Positions 36,671 to 45,707 of a stretch of DNA of 64,000 bases are shown here, in pieces. The position numbers and the translations under genes are program-made. The notes under the pieces are model-generated. The model was not told the DNA's origin. It did not search any database and saw only the letters and a program-made list of their open reading frames with translations. Source of the DNA: a virus; the IMG/VR virus record IMGVR_UViG_3300040959_000809; one strand, given 5' to 3'. The stretch's first letter is position 1. The number at the start of each line of letters is the position of its first letter.

Positions 36671-36980
36671 GTAATCGTTGATACGATTCAACGCATGGAC
36701 TGGACCGGGGGGCAATACCCCGCAGCTCCACCATAAACACACTGAGAACGTGCAAGCGTCAGTAAGTCTATAAAGGGTCGCAACCTTGAGCAACAGTGTG
36801 TTTTTGATGGGGCTGAACTAGGATCGACAGGTGTGTAGAGATGAGAGTAGATTACCGTGGTGGCTTACGACATTCGGCCAAACAAACTAAATGCAAACGA
36901 TAATGTTGCACCTTCAGGTTACGCACTAGCGGCATAAGCTGACGGGCTGGTCACTTGCCTCGGAACAGAAAAGTGACACT
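36671..36980 (+). ncRNA. ssrA: circularly permuted two-piece tmRNA (alphaproteobacterial type); outer ends approximate
   Basis: Acceptor piece ends CAGCTCCACCA at 36733. Coding piece starts GGGGCTGAACTAGGATCGAC at 36809, giving a G3.U70 pair. Tag ORF 36893-36937 reads ANDNVAPSGYALAA*. Confidence 0.92.
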
Positions 36981-36990
36981 TTATTCTAAT

Positions 36991-37020
36991 GACTCGTCAG
37001 TACTGACGGGTCTTTATTTT
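36991..37020 (+). terminator. intrinsic terminator after tmRNA
   Basis: GACTCGTCAG-TA-CTGACGGGTC followed by TTTATTTT. Confidence 0.7.
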
Positions 37021-37049
37021 TCTTAATACACACAAGGAGATTTTCAAGG

Positions 37050-37835
37050 ATGAAAAATCTATTTTTAACTACAGCAGCGATGGCTTTGATGACCTCAGCT
37101 GCCTTTGCCGCAGATGTCACTGGTGAAATTCAATTGGACTTTACACAAAACGCAGCTGATGATATTGTTGCCAACCAAACACTAGAACTTGGTGTTGATG
37201 CAATGGCAGGAAATGCCGGCATTGGATTTGCAATGAACGGAGATACTGTAGAGGTTGATTCGTGGCATGTGGGAATGTCAACAGGAGATATTGCCTTCTC
37301 ATTTGGTGATCAGGGTGACTTGCTAGGTGACTTTGGTGGAATCACAGAAAACGCAGGCGGGACAACTTTGGCCAATCCAGCTGATGATGGTGAAAGTCTA
37401 ATCGCAAGTGCATATGGCGCAAGCATTATGGTTGGTCTTACTGATATGACAGCTGATGTGACTGACGTAAAAAATGTACAAGCTACATATGGCATGGATG
37501 CAGCCGGGATTGACATCGGTGTAGGTTTGGACTATAACCTAGATTCAGAGGAATTTATCTACATGGGCTTTGGCGGAGCAACTCGTTCCATCGCAGGTAC
37601 TGAGGCTAGCATCGGAACTACTTTTACTTATGGTGCCGAAACCTTTGCTTATGAAACAGATGTAACTGTATTTGGTGTTACAGGTTTTGTCAACGGCGAT
37701 GAAAACGACAGCTTACAAAATGTAGGTGGTGGTTACTACACCAATGTACAAGGTTTGGATGTGTATGCTGAAACTGCATATAACCTTGATAGCGAAGAGT
37801 GGACCCCATCCACGGGTGTTGCGTTCTCGTTCTAA
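37050..37835 (+). CDS. outer-membrane porin (Rhodobacter-type beta-barrel)
   Basis: Signal peptide ending AAFA-A, acidic amphipathic beta strands, and C-terminal GVAFSF with a terminal Phe. Confidence 0.75.
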   Translation: MKNLFLTTAAMALMTSAAFAADVTGEIQLDFTQNAADDIVANQTLELGVDAMAGNAGIGFAMNGDTVEVDSWHVGMSTGDIAFSFGDQGDLLGDFGGITENAGGTTLANPADDGESLIASAYGASIMVGLTDMTADVTDVKNVQATYGMDAAGIDIGVGLDYNLDSEEFIYMGFGGATRSIAGTEASIGTTFTYGAETFAYETDVTVFGVTGFVNGDENDSLQNVGGGYYTNVQGLDVYAETAYNLDSEEWTPSTGVAFSF

Positions 37836-37850
37836 AGAATAAATACACAC

Positions 37851-37880
37851 ACAAGGTGGGCAGGATTCTTGCCCCCTTGT
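37851..37880 (+). terminator. hairpin after the porin gene
   Basis: ACAAGG-T-GGGCAGGA...CTTGCCC-CCTTGT inverted repeat. Confidence 0.5.
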
Positions 37881-37884
37881 ACCT

Positions 37885-37892
37885 TATAAATA
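37885..37892 (+). promoter_or_regulatory. T4-type late promoter TATAAATA upstream of heme oxygenase
   Basis: Exact TATAAATA about 63 bp before ATG 37956. Confidence 0.6.
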
Positions 37893-37955
37893 AGTTCAAA
37901 AGTTGCACGAGCGAACTTTGTAATTAACACTCACAATTTGGAGGAATTAGATTTT

Positions 37956-38573
37956 ATGGCAAACAACTTAAAAGAACTTACCTGGGAACATCACAAATCA
38001 GCAGAACGTACTGAATTTACTCAAATTTTGCTAGGTGGTGAAATTAGCCCAGAACTTTATCACAAATATCTTTGCAGCCAATTAATTTGTTATACTGCAC
38101 TTGAAGAGGCGGTGACATTGCCAACAGAATTTCAATCTGTATTCAGACAAACTGGATTAGAGGAAGATATTGCGGAATTAGAAAGCATTTATGGTATTGA
38201 ACCATGGGATGAACCTTTACCAGCGGTAATTGAATATGTTGAGCATATAGGTTATCTTGCGAAAAATAACGACAACAATGGTCTTTTGGCTCACCTATAT
38301 GTTCGCCATTTTGGTGATATGAGCGGTGGACAAATTATCAGAACCAAGGTTCCAGGCGATGGTACATTCTATGATTTTGATGACATTGATACATTAAAAT
38401 CTGGTATTAGAGAATTGTTGAATAATGATATGGCTGTAGAAGCTGGCATTTGTTTCCAATATGCTGAGCAAATGTTTGGTGAATTGCTGGATTGCACTCC
38501 ATATTATTTTAATACTGAATATGCAATGGCGGAAGGCTTACCATATGATGTCGCTGATGGTGAAGAAGAATAG
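37956..38573 (+). CDS. heme oxygenase (HemO/Ho1-like)
   Basis: LKELTWEHHKSAE (heme-ligand His), RQTGLEEDI, AHLYVRHFGDMSGGQII and FYDF; GGAGGA RBS. Confidence 0.9.
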   Translation: MANNLKELTWEHHKSAERTEFTQILLGGEISPELYHKYLCSQLICYTALEEAVTLPTEFQSVFRQTGLEEDIAELESIYGIEPWDEPLPAVIEYVEHIGYLAKNNDNNGLLAHLYVRHFGDMSGGQIIRTKVPGDGTFYDFDDIDTLKSGIRELLNNDMAVEAGICFQYAEQMFGELLDCTPYYFNTEYAMAEGLPYDVADGEEE

Positions 38574-38576
38574 CAT

Positions 38577-39254
38577 ATGGAAATAGTAAAAAAATTAAAT
38601 AAATTTACGGCCGACACAAAGACACTTTTTTCCAATAATATGGAAAGAACTATGCCCGATTATAGAGTCGAGCAATTCCCTGGATGGTCGGATCAGTTTT
38701 GGAAAAAGCCAGGATTGATTAGAAAATGTCATTTAAAAACAATAGATCTAATTGAAGAACGAAACCTTTGGCTTCTGCATATTAATATCTTTCCAGAGTT
38801 CGGGCTTGATTTGCCTATATTAGGATGTGATGTAGTTGCAGGGCCGAATAAAATTAGCGGTTCGTTCTTTGATTTCTCACCTATTATCAAACAACACCAT
38901 CCAATGATTAAGCACTTTGCAGAACAAACTGGTGGGGTGTCTTGGAAACGAGAAAGAAAATTGCCACCGTGGGCCACAAAAATCTTTTCAAACCATATGG
39001 TCGCTGCTGGTGCGGTTCGTAATGAAGAGGTGGATCAGTTCACACAGTTGACATATTCTCTTATGGAATACTATCTCTTACAGATGGAAACTCTTGCCGA
39101 GAATACTAAATTGGATACAAAGGCGGTCCAGAATAACTATTGCAAAAATCAGAAAAAGAATCCTAAGCTACACAGTTCAATTGCTGCAATGGGGATTCCA
39201 GAGCATAAGAAAGATTATTATGTAGATCGAATTCTTTTTGAAGAAATTGGTTGA
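38577..39254 (+). CDS. ferredoxin-dependent bilin reductase (PcyA/PcyX-like)
   Basis: RKCHL, LHINIFP, LPILGCDVVAG, FFDFSP, LPPWATKIFS and YCKNQKKNP; adjacent to heme oxygenase. Confidence 0.85.
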   Translation: MEIVKKLNKFTADTKTLFSNNMERTMPDYRVEQFPGWSDQFWKKPGLIRKCHLKTIDLIEERNLWLLHINIFPEFGLDLPILGCDVVAGPNKISGSFFDFSPIIKQHHPMIKHFAEQTGGVSWKRERKLPPWATKIFSNHMVAAGAVRNEEVDQFTQLTYSLMEYYLLQMETLAENTKLDTKAVQNNYCKNQKKNPKLHSSIAAMGIPEHKKDYYVDRILFEEIG

Positions 39255-39314
39255 CATTTCTTATAGTACGTGATATAGTAATAGTATTACCAATCAAATA
39301 GGAGATAGGTTTTT

Positions 39315-39551
39315 ATGGTCGTTACTATGACACCTGAAAAAATACATCATGCAATATCGACAATGGTTTCTCAAGGTGTTCCTTATATTGACGCGCTAGT
39401 GACATACGCAGAAAATAATGGACTTGAAATTGAAACTATTGCTGCTATAATAAAGAAATCCTCTATACTTAAGGAAAAAGTACGTTCAGAGGCAGTTCAG
39501 TTGAGAATGGTGAAAAAAGATGAAAATGACCTCACCGACATTTGCGAATGA
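39315..39551 (+). CDS. 33: late transcription coactivator (T4 gp33)
   Basis: YIDALVTYAENNGLEIE...ILKEKVRSEA; promoter TTGACA at 39251. Confidence 0.85.
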   Translation: MVVTMTPEKIHHAISTMVSQGVPYIDALVTYAENNGLEIETIAAIIKKSSILKEKVRSEAVQLRMVKKDENDLTDICE

Positions 39552-40122
39552 GGAATCATTCAGTGCTTATGTAAAATATCTTGCTTTTAAAAGACATTTT
39601 ACTACAGACTCGTATGATTATTTCAAATACAATGGAAAAGTTAGAGCTTCGATTGATTCGTTTCAGTCGAGAAATGATTCGTTTTTCTTTCTGAAACTGG
39701 CAAGAAAAGACGATTATGAAAATATAATTCTGGCTAATATGATTGAAAAGCCAGATATATGGGTACGTGATATACTGGAGCAGGAGGGACACAATCGCTA
39801 TATAAAATGGAAAAAAAGAATGGACTCGTTAGGATATATCTTCAAGAGTGATATAAATACTATGTTGGATGAATATGAAGATAATTTTGTAGTTCGTGAT
39901 GGGCAACACCCACATATAATGACTATGATGCTACAGAAAAAAATATCCTTAGAAACATTCACCATCATGACACACTTGGCAAATATTTTTCCTTATTGGG
40001 ACAAAAAAATTGTTGACAAAGTTGTGTCACGTGATATAATGAAAAAATCAAGGAAGTATAAACCTTTCTTGGATCTTGATTGGAATAGGTACAAGACATA
40101 TGTCAAAGATCAATTCCTTTAA
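39520..40122 (+). CDS. 59: helicase loader (T4 gp59)
   Basis: YLAFKRHFTTDSYDYFKYNGK...ISLETF...KYKPFL. Confidence 0.9.
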   Translation: MKMTSPTFANEESFSAYVKYLAFKRHFTTDSYDYFKYNGKVRASIDSFQSRNDSFFFLKLARKDDYENIILANMIEKPDIWVRDILEQEGHNRYIKWKKRMDSLGYIFKSDINTMLDEYEDNFVVRDGQHPHIMTMMLQKKISLETFTIMTHLANIFPYWDKKIVDKVVSRDIMKKSRKYKPFLDLDWNRYKTYVKDQFL

Positions 40123-40179
40123 TGAAGATATAAACCGCAATAAAATACTATATAACGCAAAATTAGGAGAAATAAAACC

Positions 40180-41109
40180 ATGACTATGGATTTCAACGCA
40201 CTAAAAAAGAACCGTTCTTCGTCACTAGACAAACTGAACGCTCAACTCGATAAAATCACCACAAAATCTTACTCCGACCCGAACGAGGGTAAATTCTGGA
40301 AACCGACCCGTGATAAGGCCGGTAACGGTTTTGCAATTATTCGTTTCCTTCCACCTCCTCAAGGTGAGGAAATGCCATTCGTACGTATCTGGGATCACGG
40401 TTTCCAAGGACCTAACGGTCAATGGTACATTGAGAACTCACTGACAACTCTTGGTCAGGATGATCCAGTCTCCGAGTACAATTCCAAATTATGGAACTCT
40501 GGCCTGGAATCAGACAAGGACCTTGCACGTAAACAAAAACGTCGACTGAAATATGTGGCAAACATTTATGTGGTCAAGGATTCTGCTAACCCAGAAAACG
40601 ATGGTAAAGTATTCCTTTATCAGTTTGGTAAAAAAATCTTTGATAAACTCAATGATCTAATGAACCCATCATTTGAGGATGAGAAACCAGTCAACCCATT
40701 TGATCTATGGGAAGGTGCTAACTTCCGTCTGAAAATTCGTCAGTTCGAAGGTTATCCTAACTATGACAAATCAGAGTTTGATGGACCGACATCATTATTT
40801 GATGATGATGACAAACTAGAGGCTACTTGGAAATCTCAGCATTCTCTCCAGGAATTACTAGATCCTAAAAACTTCAAATCATATTCTGAACTCAAAACAA
40901 AATTGTACCGAGTTCTTGATCTTTCAGAAGATGCAGGACCAACTGCATCTAGTCGGATGGAAGAGTCCACTACGGACAATGATTTGGACTTGAGCAATAT
41001 GGGTAACACACAGGCTTCAGCTGAAGCCGCACCGGCACCCGTGAATATGTCCATGAACGATGACGATGATGACGATTTGTCAATCTTCAAAGAACTTGCA
41101 CGCTCATAA
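40180..41109 (+). CDS. 32: ssDNA-binding protein (T4 gp32)
   Basis: FWKPTRDKAGNGFAIIRFLP...WYIENSLTT...GKKIFDK...PFDLWEGANF; acidic tail. Confidence 0.97.
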   Translation: MTMDFNALKKNRSSSLDKLNAQLDKITTKSYSDPNEGKFWKPTRDKAGNGFAIIRFLPPPQGEEMPFVRIWDHGFQGPNGQWYIENSLTTLGQDDPVSEYNSKLWNSGLESDKDLARKQKRRLKYVANIYVVKDSANPENDGKVFLYQFGKKIFDKLNDLMNPSFEDEKPVNPFDLWEGANFRLKIRQFEGYPNYDKSEFDGPTSLFDDDDKLEATWKSQHSLQELLDPKNFKSYSELKTKLYRVLDLSEDAGPTASSRMEESTTDNDLDLSNMGNTQASAEAAPAPVNMSMNDDDDDDLSIFKELARS

Positions 41110-41122
41110 TTAAGTAATCACC

Positions 41123-41157
41123 TAAGAGGGCTCAAATAGTTGGGCCCTCTTATTTTT
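41123..41157 (+). terminator. intrinsic terminator after gp32
   Basis: TAAGAGGGCTC...GGGCCCTCTTA followed by TTTTT. Confidence 0.75.
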
Positions 41158-41170
41158 ATTGGAGAAAAAC

Positions 41171-41452
41171 ATGTCAACAGTATCAGAAGATATTTTAGAT
41201 TTTGATTTTGGATTTACTGCAGTAGATGCTGATGAGCTTGAGGTTGTACGAACTGCAACTGAAAAATCAGAGGAACTATCTGCTCAGGTAGAATCCACAA
41301 GCGCAAAAGCAGAACTTGTTTATAATGCAATTATTCCACTTCTTAATAATCTAAAGGCAAATCCTGAAAAGGATTATATTTACTGGCCTAATCGCCACGA
41401 AAAGATTGATGCTTTTGCCGACAAGCTTTATGAAATTATGAATGGGAGTTAA
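41171..41452 (+). CDS. conserved hypothetical protein
   Basis: FDFGFTAVDADEL...NLKANPEKDYIYWPNR; GGAG RBS. Confidence 0.65.
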   Translation: MSTVSEDILDFDFGFTAVDADELEVVRTATEKSEELSAQVESTSAKAELVYNAIIPLLNNLKANPEKDYIYWPNRHEKIDAFADKLYEIMNGS

Positions 41453-41454
41453 CT

Positions 41455-42516
41455 ATGAGTCTACTAGACAAACTTGTCAAAAACAGCACAATTAAAATGA
41501 CGGCTCAACTTACTGAGTCGACGGTTTTTGGTAAAAAAGAAATGGCAACAACACCGGTCCCTATGGTGAATGTTGCCCTATCAGGTGATCCTGATGGTGG
41601 TTTAAGCCCAGGTTTGCTGGTGCTTGCTGGACCATCAAAACATTTTAAATCAGCATTTGCACTCTTAACTGCATCAGCATACATGAAAAAATATGACGAT
41701 GCGGTTTTGTTATTTTATGATTCAGAATTTGGAACACCTCAAGCCTATTTTGAAACATTTGGTATTGATATGGACCGTGTCGTGCATACACCAATTACTA
41801 ATGTTGAGGAACTTAAATTTGATATTAGTAATCAATTAGATCAGATTGAGAAAAAAGATCATGTAATTGTTATTATTGATTCTGTGGGTAACCTTGCCTC
41901 TAAGAAAGAGGTTGAGGATGCAATGAACGAAAAGAGTGTCGCCGATATGTCTCGGGCTAAGTCACTCAAATCATTGTTCCGTATTGTTACACCACATCTT
42001 AATCTTAAGGATATTCCACTCATTGCCGTAAACCACACATACCAAGAGATTGGCTTGTTCCCTAAGGCAATCGTTTCAGGCGGCACAGGGATTTATTACT
42101 CAGCAGATGCCATTTGGATTATTGGTCGCCAACAGGACAAGGTTGGTACGGAAATTCAAGGTTATCATTTTGTAATTAATATTGAAAAATCTCGCCATGT
42201 AAAAGAGAAATCCAAGATCCCAATTTCAGTATCCTGGGAAGGTGGTATCGTCAAATGGTCAGGTCTTATGGATGTGGCCGAAAAAGGTGGATACCTTCGT
42301 AAACCAAAAGTTGGTTGGTATGAAGCGGTGGATCCCTCCACTGGTGAAATTATATCAGACAAACTAATGAGAGCAAAAGATGTAAATAATAATGAAGAGT
42401 TCTGGCAGATGATGTTTGCAAAAACTGATTTTAAAGAATATATTAGAAAATTATTTACAATAGGTGCCTCGGGCAGTATCATGGGTGAAGATGATATTGT
42501 TGAGGTTGTTGAATAA
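41455..42516 (+). CDS. uvsX: RecA-like recombinase UvsX
   Basis: AGPSKHFKS, FYDSEFG, IIDSVG, VADMSRAK and SGGTG. Confidence 0.95.
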   Translation: MSLLDKLVKNSTIKMTAQLTESTVFGKKEMATTPVPMVNVALSGDPDGGLSPGLLVLAGPSKHFKSAFALLTASAYMKKYDDAVLLFYDSEFGTPQAYFETFGIDMDRVVHTPITNVEELKFDISNQLDQIEKKDHVIVIIDSVGNLASKKEVEDAMNEKSVADMSRAKSLKSLFRIVTPHLNLKDIPLIAVNHTYQEIGLFPKAIVSGGTGIYYSADAIWIIGRQQDKVGTEIQGYHFVINIEKSRHVKEKSKIPISVSWEGGIVKWSGLMDVAEKGGYLRKPKVGWYEAVDPSTGEIISDKLMRAKDVNNNEEFWQMMFAKTDFKEYIRKLFTIGASGSIMGEDDIVEVVE

Positions 42517-42569
42517 ACCTGTTGACTTTTCCTATAATTAATGATATTATAGGTACTATAAAACAAACC

Positions 42570-42591
42570 GGTGGTGGCTTTTGTCACCACC
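42570..42591 (+). other. hairpin in the gp41 leader
   Basis: GGTGGTGGC-TTTT-GTCACCACC, between a TTGACT...TATTAT promoter and the gp41 start. Confidence 0.5.
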
Positions 42592-42616
42592 TATCTTTTT
42601 ATAATATAGGGACAAC

Positions 42617-44056
42617 ATGCTAGAAAAGTCTATTTTATCAAATTTAATCTTCAACGAGGAATATTACCGAAAGGTTTATCCTTATGTAAAGGGCGAGTAT
42701 TTTGACGACTCGAACCATGAGCGTATTTTTTCTACCTTTAGTGAATATGTAGAAAATTACAAGGAGGCTCCTTCGATTGAGGCTCTTAAATTATCACTTG
42801 ACAAACGTAAGGATCTCAACGAAGACTCATATAAAAATGTAATGTCTGCGGTTGATGACTTTCGTGTTGATGAGGAAACAAATACTGAGTTCCTTATTGA
42901 TGAAACAGAAAAATTCTGTCAAGATAAAGATCTCTATAATTCAATCCGCAAGGCTATTCTTATTCTGGATGGTGAGGATAAGCAAAACGATAAGGGATCC
43001 ATTCCTAAAATCTTATCGGATTCTCTAGGTATTACATTTGACCAAAGTGTGGGTCATGATTTTCTTGAGGATTATGAAGGACGATACGAATATTATCACA
43101 AAAAAGAAGAGCGGCTGCCATTTGATATTGATCTTTTAAACAAGGTTACCAAGGGTGGCTTACCTCGTAAATCAATGACAGTTCTGTTGGCAACAACCGG
43201 TGGTGGTAAATCTTTGGTAAAATGTCACATGGCTGCAAATTATTTGATGTACGGTAAGAATGTCTTATATATAACCATGGAGCTTGCTGAGGAAGAGGTT
43301 GGTCGTCGAATTGATGCCAACATTATGGATGTTACTCTGGATGAGGTTTCAATTACACCACGTGATGTTTTTGAAAAACGAATGAACAGATACAGATCCA
43401 AGACTCCTGGTAAACTCATTGTCAAGGAATATCCAACTGGTTCTGCTCACGTAGGACATTTCCGACATCTATTAAACGAATTGGAAATGAAAAAAGGCTT
43501 TAAGCCGGATGTGGTCTTTGTTGACTATATTAACATCTGCGCGTCTGCACGGGTCAAAGGTGCGGCCGCAGCAAACTCTTACACACTTGTCAAATCTATT
43601 GCGGAGGAAATTCGTGGTCTGGCTATGGAATTTAATTGTGCCGTTGTTACTAGTTCTCAGTTTAATAGGGACGGTTACGGCAACTCTGATGTTGATCTCA
43701 CCAACACCTCTGAGTCTATGGGTATTACTCACACTGCTGATTGTATCCTTGGACTTATAACGTCGGAAGACCTAGACAGTCTAGGCCAGTTGATGTTCAA
43801 ACAACTTAAAAATCGTTGGGGCGATTTAGGATATTATCGTAGATTCCTTGTAGGCATTGAACGTGCCAAAATGAAAATCTATGATCTTGAGGAATCAGCC
43901 CAACAAAACGTACAAAATACTGATGGTAATAATCAATCGGCATCAAACAATGATACCCCTTCGTTTGATAAGACCTCATTTGGTCAGGTTGTTACCATGA
44001 ACAGTAGAGGCAAAAGTCGTAAAAATGTATTCGAGGACATGGAAGGATTCAAATAA
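42617..44056 (+). CDS. 41: replicative DnaB-like helicase (T4 gp41)
   Basis: LATTGGGKS, YITMEL, KEYPT, VDYINI, SSQFNR and KQLKNR. Confidence 0.95.
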   Translation: MLEKSILSNLIFNEEYYRKVYPYVKGEYFDDSNHERIFSTFSEYVENYKEAPSIEALKLSLDKRKDLNEDSYKNVMSAVDDFRVDEETNTEFLIDETEKFCQDKDLYNSIRKAILILDGEDKQNDKGSIPKILSDSLGITFDQSVGHDFLEDYEGRYEYYHKKEERLPFDIDLLNKVTKGGLPRKSMTVLLATTGGGKSLVKCHMAANYLMYGKNVLYITMELAEEEVGRRIDANIMDVTLDEVSITPRDVFEKRMNRYRSKTPGKLIVKEYPTGSAHVGHFRHLLNELEMKKGFKPDVVFVDYINICASARVKGAAAANSYTLVKSIAEEIRGLAMEFNCAVVTSSQFNRDGYGNSDVDLTNTSESMGITHTADCILGLITSEDLDSLGQLMFKQLKNRWGDLGYYRRFLVGIERAKMKIYDLEESAQQNVQNTDGNNQSASNNDTPSFDKTSFGQVVTMNSRGKSRKNVFEDMEGFK

Positions 44057-44260
44057 ATGAAATACGAAATAGCATTATCACGGACCGGGGTATACGGAAT
44101 TTTGGAGAACACATCTGGTACTTTTATAAATATGTCAAACACCAAAAAAAGTACCATAGAGTCAGTCTGTGATAATTTAAACTGGGGCACTGGGTTTCAA
44201 GGACATACCCCCAATTTTATTGCTAACTTTTCTCCTTTGGTAAGAACAAAAAGAGAATGA
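44057..44260 (+). CDS. hypothetical protein
   Basis: 67 aa coupled to gp41; contains a late promoter. Confidence 0.5.
   Translation: MKYEIALSRTGVYGILENTSGTFINMSNTKKSTIESVCDNLNWGTGFQGHTPNFIANFSPLVRTKRE
44125..44132 (+). promoter_or_regulatory. T4-type late promoter TATAAATA
   Basis: Exact motif upstream of 44265. Confidence 0.6.
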
Positions 44261-44264
44261 AAAA

Positions 44265-45707
44265 ATGCCTCGTAATTTTAGAAACTATTTAAATGAAGCT
44301 TCTATATTAAAACCTGATTATGTAGAAGGGCATAAATTTGCCTGGAACGGTAAAGGTGTAAAGGAATTTGAAACCGCCGGTTATAAGCGCAATAATATAT
44401 TTACTGTAGTTACTGGTTCAGAAGGTGCTGTACTCATTGGAAGCCAAGATGCTGAGAATGAAAAATACCTACAAGGACCTGACGGAAAGGTATGGCACTT
44501 TAAAGGTGGTCTAAGTTTTAAGGCATCTTCTTTTACCCATGTTAAGGAATCTGGTGGGACACCCAGTGGCGCCGAATGGGAAAACCTTATTGTATTTGCC
44601 TATAATAATCTTAAAGGTACTGCTACAGATGAGGAAACAAAGGAAGTTGCTCTCAAATATTGGGAGCGTTATGGTAATATTTCGGATGAAATTGCTAAAA
44701 ACTTTGATACCAATCTTAAGGCAAAGCAGTTAGTACAAACAGGGCGTGGTTTGGGTAATGTCAAACTTGGAAAGTTTTGGAAAGCAGCTGGTGCGACAAA
44801 CAAGACACCAAAAACTGATATCGCATCATCTAATTTTGTGGAAAAGATTTCACTTAAAAAAGGTGGTGGATCTCAGCTCATTTCAGCAGAGAAAAAAGAA
44901 GCACTTGCAATCGTCAATGCTGCCCTATACGAAATGGGTGGTAACGCACCATTTGCCAAAAAGTTAACTAAGGCTATTGAAGATAAAATGACCAGACTTG
45001 TTACAACTGAGGCGGTCACAACCCTACAGAAACGCTCAATGATGGGTGATAAGGACGCTGGTGTGATTGATTATCAGAAAAAGGATAATGATCATAAGGA
45101 ATTGTCTGCAATGCTCAAGGAGGCCATTAGAGGGGCATCCGAAAGCAATAACTTATTCGCTCGACATATTGTACTAGAGGCAGCCACTGGTAATAATAAA
45201 TTTGGTGGTGCCAATTCAAAGGCAGCCGCAAATGTTTTAGGAAAATTTGATATTAGAACATTTGAGGTGGTTGTACAACCCATTTCATCTATTGATGATC
45301 CTATTATTATAGAGTATGCACAAAAGGTACGGCCATATGTTGCATTTAAAAAAGGTTCAGCGGGTTCTGCTGCTTATTCGGCAATGCGGATGGGTTTATC
45401 CGAAGGCTATACATTCCAAAAACTAGTCACCGAAGAACTTTCAAACATTCAAGGTTTCTATCTTACAGAGGATATTCTAAACGAAGGTCCTATGGGTATG
45501 CTTAGACGTGCTGGCACATTTGCCAAACGTGCAGGTGCCGCAGCTAAAAAAGCATTGGATGCAGCAGTTAAAAAGATCATTTTAAAATTAAAAAAGGTAT
45601 TTGCAGCCATTGCCAAAAAAGGTAAAAACATGATGGCAGCCCTTATGAAGTTCTTAGGGGTTGAGGTAAGTACTGCATCAGGAATTCCAGCAGAGGTAGG
45701 TCTATAA
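44265..45707 (+). CDS. putative head-packaged protein with a possible PD-(D/E)xK nuclease core and a cationic C-tail
   Basis: Leader MPRNFRNYLNE-A; TPKTDI...KISLKK; internal LVTE, YLTE and ILNE sites. Confidence 0.6.
   Translation: MPRNFRNYLNEASILKPDYVEGHKFAWNGKGVKEFETAGYKRNNIFTVVTGSEGAVLIGSQDAENEKYLQGPDGKVWHFKGGLSFKASSFTHVKESGGTPSGAEWENLIVFAYNNLKGTATDEETKEVALKYWERYGNISDEIAKNFDTNLKAKQLVQTGRGLGNVKLGKFWKAAGATNKTPKTDIASSNFVEKISLKKGGGSQLISAEKKEALAIVNAALYEMGGNAPFAKKLTKAIEDKMTRLVTTEAVTTLQKRSMMGDKDAGVIDYQKKDNDHKELSAMLKEAIRGASESNNLFARHIVLEAATGNNKFGGANSKAAANVLGKFDIRTFEVVVQPISSIDDPIIIEYAQKVRPYVAFKKGSAGSAAYSAMRMGLSEGYTFQKLVTEELSNIQGFYLTEDILNEGPMGMLRRAGTFAKRAGAAAKKALDAAVKKIILKLKKVFAAIAKKGKNMMAALMKFLGVEVSTASGIPAEVGL

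Noticed and set aside
36163-36793. Minus-strand ORFs 36163..36432 and 36611..36793
   Set aside because: Antisense shadows of tRNA-Pro and the tmRNA acceptor piece.
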